Below are positions 50,292-58,589 of a stretch of 64,000 nucleotides of DNA, piece after piece. How positions within the stretch are numbered: position 1 is the stretch's first letter; each line of letters begins with the position of its first letter. A model generated the notes under the pieces. It was given only the letters and a program-made list of their open reading frames with translations, searched no databases and was not told the DNA's origin. Source of the DNA: Bacteroidia bacterium (lineage in GTDB: Bacteria; Bacteroidota; Bacteroidia; Chitinophagales; Saprospiraceae); the NCBI GenBank assembly GCA_018680005.1, contig JAHHJQ010000378.1, positions 63 to 64,062 of the forward strand, in the 5' to 3' direction. A program made the position numbers and the translations under genes.

Positions 50292-50891
50292 TTAGCTTAC
50301 TGGAACTGAGGCAGCCTGTTGACCTGTCATAGCAGTAAGTACATTGCCATATACAGAATTCAACGAGCCTAGATTTTTATTCAGTGCTGCCATCTGCTCT
50401 TTATATCTCTTGGTATCTTCTAGTGAATCGCCAAGATCAGCCATAGCATCATTGAGTTTAGAATAGAAATTATTCATTGTATTAATCTGGTCGCTGGTTC
50501 CACTGAAGTCAATTTCTTGAAGAGCTTTCAGCGCTCCCAGATTTTTTGACATAGACTGCAACTCTGTGAGCATTCCGCCTAACTGATTTTCTACCACTTC
50601 TCCATTCAGAGCAGTGCCACCTGAAGCACCACCAGCTGCGAGAGGAGTGATTTCAGAGTGATACTTTTCAAGTCCAGGATACAATTTCTCCCAATAATAA
50701 TCTTTCTCAGGAGGTAGGACACCTAGCATTAGGAACAAAAATGCTTCCGTAACTAGTCCTGCTATTAGCATTTCCGTACCGTATGCCCAGCTATTAATTT
50801 TGAAGAGCGCACCTAGCATAACAATTGCAGCACCTACACCAATTATGAAGTTCTTTAATCTTTTGAACCAATTTGATTTGTAAAAAGCCAT
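50292..50891 (-). CDS. gldL: Gliding motility / T9SS motor protein GldL (PorL)
   Basis: Two N-terminal TM helices (GAAIVMLGALFKI and LIAGLVTEAFLFLMLG, with the conserved Glu) and a cytoplasmic helical tail. Confidence 0.93.
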   Translation of the reverse strand: MAFYKSNWFKRLKNFIIGVGAAIVMLGALFKINSWAYGTEMLIAGLVTEAFLFLMLGVLPPEKDYYWEKLYPGLEKYHSEITPLAAGGASGGTALNGEVVENQLGGMLTELQSMSKNLGALKALQEIDFSGTSDQINTMNNFYSKLNDAMADLGDSLEDTKRYKEQMAALNKNLGSLNSVYGNVLTAMTGQQAASVPVS

Positions 50892-50940
50892 GTGAATAAA
50901 ATTTACTTGGTTTAGTTGAAATAAGTTTTACAATACAGCA

Positions 50941-52182
50941 TTAGAAATCATTGATGGATCTTCCTAGGAAGGTCATCACGCATCTAAATCCTGTGAATGA
51001 GTTGGTTGTATCCTGGTATTCGTAATTCCTTGAACCCGTTTGGATATAGTAAGATATGTCTTTCCAAGACCCTCCTCTGGTTACTTTACGTTTATAAGAA
51101 TCTGGGTCATTTTCGTCAGAATTGTACCTGATATCAGGGTTATTGTCATGCATATATGATTGTGCATTCTCTACAAAAGCGGAAGAAGTCCACTCGGAAA
51201 CATTGCCTGCCATATTATACAATCCATAGTCGTTAGGGAAGTAAGCACTTGCTTTTACAGTGTAGTATCCACCATCTTCTGGATAGTTCCCCCTGCCAGG
51301 CTTAAAGTTGGCAAGTAAACATCCCTTGGCGTTTCTAGTATAGTATCCACCCCATGGATACATTGATAATTCTTTCTTTCCTCTTGCCGCAAATTCCCAT
51401 TCATATTCGGTTGGCAGTCTGTAGTCTTCGGTCTGCAGATCATCCTTTCCGGTTTTCCATTGATTCCAGAAAGAAGTCCTCCAATTACAAAATGCCTTTG
51501 CCATTTGCCAATTCACTCCTACAACCGGATAGTCATCATATGCAGGGTGCCAGAAATAATTTCTGGTCATTGGTTCATTGTATGAATAGGCAAAATCTCT
51601 TATCCATACCAGAGTATCTGGGAAAATGGCTGTCTCGTCTTCTTCGATTACATCTCGTCGATTCTCGGCAAAACGCTCTCCTGTTTTTTGCCAATTGATC
51701 CATTCATATTTATAAATCAATTGTCTAACATCAATTTCCTTGCGACCGGCTAATCTTTCATCGCCCTGGTAATAGAGGTCTTCAAGAATCTCATCCTCCC
51801 AATCAATATCCAATTCCCAGTCGATTTGAGTATTGCCGTAGTCATCTTCAATAATGTTGTCCAGATACGTGTGTGCCAGGGAGTCTCGAACCCATTCAAC
51901 AAATTGCCGATATTCATTATTGGTGATTTCGGTTTCATCCATGTAGAATCCAACAATAGAAATAGTTTTGGGTCGCTGTATATATGAACTGGAAATATCC
52001 TGATCACTTTGACCTACCGTCAACGAACCTGATCCTACATACACCATTCCATATGGATTAATGCCTTTCCAGCCTGGTCTGTCCAAAACACCAATGAGTT
52101 GGCCACTTTCTTTGGATCCACCTCCACATGAAACAAGGAAAACAACAAGAACCAATAAGATCGATTTACAGAATTTTTTCAT
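50941..52182 (-). CDS. gldK: Gliding motility / T9SS lipoprotein GldK (PorK), FGE-sulfatase-fold family
   Basis: Lipoprotein signal FLVSCGGG. FGE/SUMF1-like motifs are present (YPVVGVNWQMAKAFCNWR, LPTEYEWEFAARG, GNVSEWT, RGGSW). Confidence 0.95.
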   Translation of the reverse strand: MKKFCKSILLVLVVFLVSCGGGSKESGQLIGVLDRPGWKGINPYGMVYVGSGSLTVGQSDQDISSSYIQRPKTISIVGFYMDETEITNNEYRQFVEWVRDSLAHTYLDNIIEDDYGNTQIDWELDIDWEDEILEDLYYQGDERLAGRKEIDVRQLIYKYEWINWQKTGERFAENRRDVIEEDETAIFPDTLVWIRDFAYSYNEPMTRNYFWHPAYDDYPVVGVNWQMAKAFCNWRTSFWNQWKTGKDDLQTEDYRLPTEYEWEFAARGKKELSMYPWGGYYTRNAKGCLLANFKPGRGNYPEDGGYYTVKASAYFPNDYGLYNMAGNVSEWTSSAFVENAQSYMHDNNPDIRYNSDENDPDSYKRKVTRGGSWKDISYYIQTGSRNYEYQDTTNSFTGFRCVMTFLGRSINDF

Positions 52183-52268
52183 GTTTTATTCCAACTTTTC
52201 CGCACTTGAGATTTATGTCTTAAAAAGAAATGCGTTTTATTAACGCCACCCTGCTTTCTCAAAGTATG

Positions 52269-52276
52269 CAAAAGTA
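52269..52276 (-). promoter_or_regulatory. Candidate -7 promoter element (TAnnTTTG) upstream of gldK
   Basis: The minus strand reads TACTTTTG about 87 nt upstream of the gldK ATG, within the 147-bp porP-gldK spacer. Confidence 0.3.
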
Positions 52277-52329
52277 TATTTTTTGTTTGTTCAAATAGCT
52301 TTAACGTTTTCACAATTTACCTTCGTAAT

Positions 52330-53319
52330 CTATAGGTTTCTTGGATTGTAGATTATACCGGGTAACCTCCCTTTTCCTAGTCTTGTGTCTATGCTATACT
52401 TGATCACGAATTCGTGTGATCCACTTGAAATGGTATCTAGTGCAGACAGTGTATAATCGTACGCATATAGCATCGTCATACCATTTTTCAATTCTACACC
52501 AATTGTTGCAATGAATGCATCAAGTGAGTTCCCGTCATAACCTCTAAGTCCACCTCCTAAGATAAGATTATCGTTATATCTTCCTATAAGGTGAAATTCA
52601 CTTTGAGTTTTGACAAAATCCGTTTTCAAATAAACATGGGGGATAATTGTAATACTTTGGAGAAAGTCCAAATTATATGCCAAAAACAAATTGACGCTGG
52701 ATTGTTCAGTAACTAATGAATTAAACCCGCTCTCAAAGTTTAGTTCACCTCCCAGAAGACCAAGATAAGATATACTTGCAGTCAACTTGTCATTCACAAA
52801 ATATGCTCCGATATCCCCTATATAAGTAGAACTTGAGACTTTACTCAAGGGCAAGTCAGCATCAGCATGATTAATGACTCCATTGATATACGTACCATCT
52901 GGGGTTCTAAGTTGCGCACCATCAATACTACTATTAATTAATCCTAGAGCTCCACCAATATTCAATTGCGAATATTCATTTATTTGAAAATGATAGGCGT
53001 AACCCAATTTTGCCATGGTCCAACGTTCAGCTCCAGAAGATTGATTCGAAATATTGATCCCAATACCACCCGCTAACATATCAAACGGAATATGAAGACT
53101 GATATTCTGAGCTGTTGGACTTTCAGCAACATTAGCCCACTGCTTGCGAAATACAGCTGAGATATCTAATTGATCTTCAATCCCTGCGATGGCTGGGTTG
53201 ATATTGTACTGATTGAAGAATGGGGCACTATATTGCAAATTATTCTGTCCAAAGCTTTCGACATAACTAAATGTTATAAGGAGTAAAAGAGAAATGAATT
53301 TCATAACCGTAGTTCCCAT
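52330..53319 (-). CDS. porP: T9SS outer-membrane protein, PorP/SprF family
   Basis: Signal peptide. Family hallmark near the N-terminus (QYNINPAIAGIEDQLDISAVFRKQW), ~330 aa beta-barrel-like sequence, position immediately upstream of gldK as in the P. gingivalis porP-porKLMN operon. Confidence 0.85.
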   Translation of the reverse strand: MGTTVMKFISLLLLITFSYVESFGQNNLQYSAPFFNQYNINPAIAGIEDQLDISAVFRKQWANVAESPTAQNISLHIPFDMLAGGIGINISNQSSGAERWTMAKLGYAYHFQINEYSQLNIGGALGLINSSIDGAQLRTPDGTYINGVINHADADLPLSKVSSSTYIGDIGAYFVNDKLTASISYLGLLGGELNFESGFNSLVTEQSSVNLFLAYNLDFLQSITIIPHVYLKTDFVKTQSEFHLIGRYNDNLILGGGLRGYDGNSLDAFIATIGVELKNGMTMLYAYDYTLSALDTISSGSHEFVIKYSIDTRLGKGRLPGIIYNPRNL

Positions 53320-53437
53320 ATACTGTCATCTGCAACTGTAAACGTTGAAATTAAGGTTTTGGGTAATATAAACCCGAATTTTATTATTTGCTATTACAGA
53401 AATAAGACAAATTCCTGTCTACATTATGGCCAGAAGA

Positions 53438-54217
53438 TCAATTTTCAAGGATCATTCCATCAAAGCCAAGATGTATATTCTCCGGACATCTGCGATCTAT
53501 TGATTGATGTAAGCCCATATGGTGAGATATATGGATCAGAAAAGTCCTTCTTGCACCTATTCGTTGAGCCACAGTGATTGACTGTTCAAAATTAAAATGA
53601 GAATGGTGCTTTTTGTGGTGCAAAGAATCTAGAATAAGAATGTCAAGATCTCTTAATTCGGCTATGCTCCTTTCCGGAATCCTATTCGTATCAGTAATAT
53701 AGGCATAGTTTCCAATTCTGAATCCAAGAACTTCTAGATCTCCATGCCAGACCAAAATCGGTAGAATTTGTATTCCTTGTATTGCAAGTGGTTTGTATGG
53801 GCTGATGGGAATAAGATCAATCTTCGGTGCGCCCGGGTATGGATTATCTTCGAAAACGTATGTGAAGCGAGACCTAATTTCTTCTAGATGTTGCTCTAGT
53901 CCATATAGTGGAATAGATCTTTTCATAGAAAAATTGAACGGCCGGACATCATCCAAACCAACGATATGATCATTGTGTGTGTGAGTAATCAGTATACCTT
54001 CTAATTCATTGATCCGAGCTCGAAGCATTTGCTGTCGAAAATCCGGACCACAGTCTATTGCAATATTATGACCATATGAATCCATGAAAACGGCAGCAGT
54101 TCGCAGCCTTTTATCTCTGTAATCTTTGGATTGGCAAACTTCACAATGACATCCTATTACTGGTATTCCTTGTGAGGTACCAGTTCCAAGCAACTGAAAT
54201 TTCAAGGACTTAGACAA
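53438..54217 (-). CDS. MBL-fold metallo-hydrolase (PhnP/GPMB-like)
   Basis: The HTHNDH (HxHxDH) motif and the N-terminal GTGTSQGIPVIGCHCEVC zinc-ribbon-like segment are typical of this subfamily. Confidence 0.85.
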   Translation of the reverse strand: MSKSLKFQLLGTGTSQGIPVIGCHCEVCQSKDYRDKRLRTAAVFMDSYGHNIAIDCGPDFRQQMLRARINELEGILITHTHNDHIVGLDDVRPFNFSMKRSIPLYGLEQHLEEIRSRFTYVFEDNPYPGAPKIDLIPISPYKPLAIQGIQILPILVWHGDLEVLGFRIGNYAYITDTNRIPERSIAELRDLDILILDSLHHKKHHSHFNFEQSITVAQRIGARRTFLIHISHHMGLHQSIDRRCPENIHLGFDGMILEN

Positions 54218-54497
54218 CAGGTTCAGGGTTCTGAAGGAGATGTTTCATCGCTTGCCGATAAAAAGCTTTGTTCTTAACTCCAAACAAAGATTCATCAACA
54301 TCTACGGAAATTAATATATCAAGCAAACAATTGATACGTGCCTCAGTATCATAGAATTTGTTTAGCACAGCAACCTTACGATGCTCCAGTATGCAATAAC
54401 CTGAGGTAAATGTTCCTTTTTCATATCTGACGATATAACCCTGGTCTTCAAGAAGAGATTCGACTTTGCCCAAAGTATATTTTGTGAAGTTGATCAT
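54210..54497 (-). CDS. Hypothetical protein (95 aa), translationally coupled to the MBL hydrolase gene
   Basis: ORF with an ATG start and an 8-nt overlap with the downstream gene. I recognise no motif. Confidence 0.5.
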   Translation of the reverse strand: MINFTKYTLGKVESLLEDQGYIVRYEKGTFTSGYCILEHRKVAVLNKFYDTEARINCLLDILISVDVDESLFGVKNKAFYRQAMKHLLQNPEPVV

Positions 54498-54564
54498 GTC
54501 AGTAATCCAAATAGCTATTCAAATATCGAAAAATATCTCCTAGACTTACTATTAGGAAGGATTA

Positions 54565-54572
54565 TATCTTTG
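54565..54572 (+). promoter_or_regulatory. Candidate -7 promoter element (TAnnTTTG)
   Basis: Exact TATCTTTG located 17 nt upstream of the ATG at 54589, which implies a very short leader. Confidence 0.35.
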
Positions 54573-54588
54573 CAAAGAAATCTTTACC

Positions 54589-55203
54589 ATGATTCGATTT
54601 CTTTTACTTGCAATTCTGTTTTTAACTATAAATCACATAAGTGCCCAAGGATTCAATGCTGGTATAACGCTGGGAATGAATGCTTCTCAAATCCACGGGG
54701 ATCTATTTTCTGGATACAATAAACCAGGAATACACGCAGGATTGTTAATCGAATATCCCATTCAAGACAAAACTTGGATAGGTGGAGAACTTATCTACTC
54801 AGAGCTTGGGAGCCAAAGAAAACTTCTCTTAGGATCATCTATTCCTGAAGAACAGAGCAAAATCCAACTAAATTATATTTCACTTCCAGTATATGTGCGG
54901 ATTCAACCCAATTCCCGATTATCCTGGTTGTCTGCAATAAATTTCATGCTTGGCATCGAAAATAGCTATCTGATCAACGCCAAAATTCAGGATCGAGATG
55001 ACGAAGAAATTATTGAATATTTTAATGATTGGAATGTTTCAGGGTTGGTGGGTATCCGCTATGCATTTAATGAAAAGATTGGTTTGGAATTTCGTATAAA
55101 TGAATCGATAAACCTGATTTTTAACAATAACAAAGTTGAACAAATCAATGCAAATTCCTTACGTAATCGTTCTGTTACCTTTATGATTAAATACTATTTA
55201 TGA
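54589..55203 (+). CDS. Small outer-membrane beta-barrel protein (PorT-like / OMP_b-brl family)
   Basis: Signal peptide ending ISAQG, alternating beta-strand pattern (GFNAGITLGMNASQIHGD...), C-terminal MIKYYL. Confidence 0.6.
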   Translation: MIRFLLLAILFLTINHISAQGFNAGITLGMNASQIHGDLFSGYNKPGIHAGLLIEYPIQDKTWIGGELIYSELGSQRKLLLGSSIPEEQSKIQLNYISLPVYVRIQPNSRLSWLSAINFMLGIENSYLINAKIQDRDDEEIIEYFNDWNVSGLVGIRYAFNEKIGLEFRINESINLIFNNNKVEQINANSLRNRSVTFMIKYYL

Positions 55204-55658
55204 CTAGATTATTAATGATCTTCACTTTTCTGACTCTAAGCGCACAGTGTAAATCCGACAAACCGCAAGAGACTACTAATACTGAGACATCGGTCGAAGA
55301 AACTGATTTGCCTTTACTTCCATCTGAAGATTTACAAAATCTTTATGCCAATGCAACTCATGTAGATTATACCTTCTACCATTATTCATTTAGCATGAGC
55401 TATGATAATCAAAAATCGATAAGATCAGTTCTTAATTTTGTTAATCAGAATTCATCTGTTCATGATGTTAATTGTGCTCCATTATGCCGAATGATATTTC
55501 TACAAAACGGTCAAATCATAATGGAGGCAGAATTATTTGTTTCAGAAAACTGCGCACACTATGTTTGGTATTTAGAAAATCAAAAGAAATACGCAAATGT
55601 AATGTCGCCACAAGGCAAACAGCACTACCTTCAAATTATTAACCAGTTCACTAAATAA
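55200..55658 (+). CDS. Hypothetical lipoprotein
   Basis: ATGA start/stop overlap with the upstream gene and a lipoprotein-like signal (LTLSAQCKSD). No recognised domain. Confidence 0.55.
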   Translation: MTRLLMIFTFLTLSAQCKSDKPQETTNTETSVEETDLPLLPSEDLQNLYANATHVDYTFYHYSFSMSYDNQKSIRSVLNFVNQNSSVHDVNCAPLCRMIFLQNGQIIMEAELFVSENCAHYVWYLENQKKYANVMSPQGKQHYLQIINQFTK

Positions 55659-55667
55659 CTGGTTAAT

Positions 55668-56567
55668 ATGAAACTAGCCGTAATCGATCTAGGCACCAAT
55701 ACTTTTCATATACTAATTGTGGAGATTACCGATAAGCGTGAATACAAAATCTTATTCAAAGAAAGGTTATTCACAAAATTAGGTGAACAAGGAATTCACA
55801 AAATAGGGAAGGAATCGTACCAAAGAAGTCTTAAGGCCATTGCGCATTTCAAAGCTATTATGGATGATCTGGGAGTACAAAAAACAAGGGTTCTTGGTAC
55901 TTCAGCTCTCCGTGAAGCCTTCAATGGCCAACAATTCATTGACGAAGCAAAGACGAAATTCGGGATAGATATTGAAGTCATAGATGGATTGACAGAAGGA
56001 CAACTAATTCAAAAAGGAGTTTTTCTGGCAATTGGCCCACAAGAATATCCGCATATCATAATGGATATTGGCGGAGGTAGCGTAGAATTCATTTTTGTAA
56101 TAAATAATGAAATCAAATTCATCAAAAGCCTAAATATCGGATTAGCAGTATTACACAAAATTGCAGATATTTCCGATGGAGCCAATGACGTTTTACTAGA
56201 GAGAATCGATGAATTTTTAGAAATTCATCTTAAAGATCTTTTACAAACAATCGGAAATACAGATCATCTTCGACTGATTGGTTCCGCAGGGGCATTTGAA
56301 GTCATTGTTTCGATGTTAGGCAAGAATTTGTATGCTCATTCTTCGATAGAAATCCCACTGCATAGTTTTCAGAAACTCTATAATCGCATTATTTGGACAT
56401 CAGTTGCTGACAAGCTTCATATGAAAGGTATACCTCCCGAAAGAATTGACTACATCGGTGTAGCCTTCCATTTGATAAAAAAAGTAATAGAAAAGATTGA
56501 GCCTGCAGAATTATTTGTCAGCAAGTTTGCACTCAAGGAAGGTGTTATTGCAGAATCTTTAGACTAA
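55668..56567 (+). CDS. Ppx/GppA-family phosphatase (exopolyphosphatase / pppGpp phosphohydrolase-like)
   Basis: ASKHA-fold phosphate-1 motif AVIDLGTNTFHILIV, plus later DIGGGSVEF and GSAGAFE motifs. Confidence 0.85.
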   Translation: MKLAVIDLGTNTFHILIVEITDKREYKILFKERLFTKLGEQGIHKIGKESYQRSLKAIAHFKAIMDDLGVQKTRVLGTSALREAFNGQQFIDEAKTKFGIDIEVIDGLTEGQLIQKGVFLAIGPQEYPHIIMDIGGGSVEFIFVINNEIKFIKSLNIGLAVLHKIADISDGANDVLLERIDEFLEIHLKDLLQTIGNTDHLRLIGSAGAFEVIVSMLGKNLYAHSSIEIPLHSFQKLYNRIIWTSVADKLHMKGIPPERIDYIGVAFHLIKKVIEKIEPAELFVSKFALKEGVIAESLD

Positions 56568-56616
56568 TCTAAATTTATTTTTTGCTTCGCTTAAATTAAT
56601 AAAGTATTTTTAACGA

Positions 56617-58110
56617 ATGGAGCAAATCCTTGAAATTCTTTTCACCGAAACTTGGGCAATTAGGGCATTGATAGCATCTATGATCGTGGGATTAACCTGT
56701 GGTGTTTTAGGCTGTTTTGTTGTGCTCAGAAACATGTCGCTAGTCGGAGATGCTCTTGCGCATTCCATCTTACCTGGGGTAGTTTTTGCCTTTATACTTG
56801 TAGGATACAGTGCATTGGGATTTTTTGCTGGAGCAGTCATCGCAAGTTTTTTGACTGCTATTGGGATAACATGGATCCAGCATAATATCAAGACAAAGAA
56901 CGATGCTGCCATTGGAATTGTATTCACTGCAATGTTTTCAATTGGTGTAATGGGTATTTCTTTTGTTAGCAAATCGGGGGGGGTCCATCTTGATTTAAAA
57001 GATTTTCTCTTTGGAAATGTACTTGGTGTCTCTAATCAAGATTTATATCTCACAGCATTTATAGCAGTATATGTCTTCTTGAGCATTATTATTTTTTACC
57101 GATATCTATTTGCTACAACATTTCAACCTGTGATCGCCGAAACAATGGGTATATCTGTAAGAATGGTGCACTATTTTGTGATGCTGTTATTGTCCTTTAC
57201 TGTTGTAGCTTCACTTCAGACTGTTGGTGTAATTCTGGTGGTAGCCATGCTGATTACACCAGCTTCTACTGCACTTCTGCTATCAGATAGACTAAAATAT
57301 GTACTCCTAATATCTGCGTTTCTTGGACTAATTTCCGCCGTGATCGGATTGATTGTTTCAATCGCTTTGCAGACCACCCCGGGTCCAGCAATGGCAGTTA
57401 CTGCTACAGTAATATATTTGCTAGTTGCCATGTTTGCTCCGAGAAAAGGATTAATTTCTAGAAGCATTCGAAAATCAAGACAAAACCGAAAAATCAATCT
57501 TGAAGATATCTTGAAGCAATCCTTAAAGTTGAATGAAAAAGGCAAATTAAATGTATTGAATTTAACAGAAAGAATAACTTTTGGCCATTCCAAGCTTCAT
57601 AGATATCTAAAATACCTAAATGCAAATAAGCTCATAAAGATGGAGGAAAATGGAGCTCTTTCGATGACTCCTGCCGGAATTGAAGAAGCCAATCAACTAG
57701 TCAGAGCACACCGTCTTTGGGAAACCTATCTCGTTGCTCGTATTGGCCTGACTGAAGAACAAATACATGAAGATGCTGAGAAATATGAACATCTTTTAAC
57801 TGAAGAAATTTTGGACGAAGTGGATGCATCATTAGGATATCCTCGTACTGATCCACATGGATCTCCTATTCCTTATAAGAAAGGTTGGCATAAGATAAAT
57901 CCATTATCCAATACCAAAATCGGTCAGACGGCTGTCATAGCTAATGATCAACCTCAACAGATTATTTCGAGACTATGGGAAATGAGATTGTCCCCTGCAG
58001 ATAAACTTGAAGTTACAGCACGAAATGAAGAAGCTATAACAATACAATGGAAAGAGATAAAGCTAAAAATTCCAAATTCTTTGGCTGAGAAAATTAATAT
58101 AGAAAACTAG
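56617..58110 (+). CDS. Fusion protein: metal ABC transporter permease (ABC-3, ZnuB/MntB/TroCD type) joined to a DtxR/MntR-family metalloregulator with a FeoA/SH3-like C-terminal domain
   Basis: Residues ~1-285 are a polytopic ABC-3 permease (LRNMSLVGDALAHSILPGVV, DAAIGIVF, ITPASTA). Residues ~300-497 carry a winged-helix segment, RAHRLWETYL, HEDAEKYEHLL and DPHGSPIP metal-site motifs, and a FeoA-like tail. It is one uninterrupted frame. Confidence 0.85.
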   Translation: MEQILEILFTETWAIRALIASMIVGLTCGVLGCFVVLRNMSLVGDALAHSILPGVVFAFILVGYSALGFFAGAVIASFLTAIGITWIQHNIKTKNDAAIGIVFTAMFSIGVMGISFVSKSGGVHLDLKDFLFGNVLGVSNQDLYLTAFIAVYVFLSIIIFYRYLFATTFQPVIAETMGISVRMVHYFVMLLLSFTVVASLQTVGVILVVAMLITPASTALLLSDRLKYVLLISAFLGLISAVIGLIVSIALQTTPGPAMAVTATVIYLLVAMFAPRKGLISRSIRKSRQNRKINLEDILKQSLKLNEKGKLNVLNLTERITFGHSKLHRYLKYLNANKLIKMEENGALSMTPAGIEEANQLVRAHRLWETYLVARIGLTEEQIHEDAEKYEHLLTEEILDEVDASLGYPRTDPHGSPIPYKKGWHKINPLSNTKIGQTAVIANDQPQQIISRLWEMRLSPADKLEVTARNEEAITIQWKEIKLKIPNSLAEKINIEN

Positions 58111-58112
58111 GA

Positions 58113-58478
58113 TTAACCTAATTGATTATCGTCTTCCAATTTATCGAAGATATCATTCAATCTATACATCTCGTCCAACATATCATCAAGATAAATTTGA
58201 ATTTGAGGAATACGTCTAACATGCTTTTTTATTCTATTGGCAAGGGATTGTCTTAATCTTACCAAATGTTCATTCAATTCAATAACTGCTTCTTGTTTGT
58301 TCAAGGAATTATAAACGCTAACATAAATTTTAGCAATTCCTAAATCTGGAGACATCTTAACGGATGTCACTGTGACCAATGCCTGAGTACCATATATATA
58401 GGATCCCTCCTGTTGCAGTATGATGCCAAAATTTCTTTTGATCAATTCTCCTACTTGTTTCTGCTTCTTTGACTCCAT
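58113..58478 (-). CDS. rbfA: Ribosome-binding factor A
   Basis: KQKQVGELIKRNFGIILQ...VTVTSVKMSPDLGIAKIYVS matches the RbfA KH-like core. The ATG at 58478 is preferred over the TTG at 58487. Confidence 0.9.
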   Translation of the reverse strand: MESKKQKQVGELIKRNFGIILQQEGSYIYGTQALVTVTSVKMSPDLGIAKIYVSVYNSLNKQEAVIELNEHLVRLRQSLANRIKKHVRRIPQIQIYLDDMLDEMYRLNDIFDKLEDDNQLG

Positions 58479-58589
58479 ATCAACCAATTGTAAATCCTAA
58501 TTATGAATTCCGATGCTGTAAATTAGGAAAATTCTATACTTTTAGACGATCCTGTTGATATAACGCTTGATCAACCCTTCGGTTGCTAA

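Noticed and set aside
50941-52182. An FGE/SUMF1-like domain suggesting a sulfatase-maturation enzyme
   Set aside because: The lipoprotein signal, the size and the position at the head of gldLMN identify it as GldK/PorK, which is known to share this fold without being a sulfatase maturase.
53438-54217. An MBL-fold protein as a possible beta-lactamase or resistance gene
   Set aside because: It has no signal peptide, and its N-terminal Cys-rich GTGTSQGIP...CHCEVC segment is typical of PhnP/GPMB-like cytoplasmic phosphodiesterases, not class B beta-lactamases.
56570-56577. A perfect 8-bp palindrome TAAATTTA upstream of the permease-repressor fusion, as a possible auto-operator
   Set aside because: AT-only 8-mers of this kind are expected by chance in AT-rich spacers. 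It is much shorter than known DtxR/MntR operators, and no second half-site was seen.
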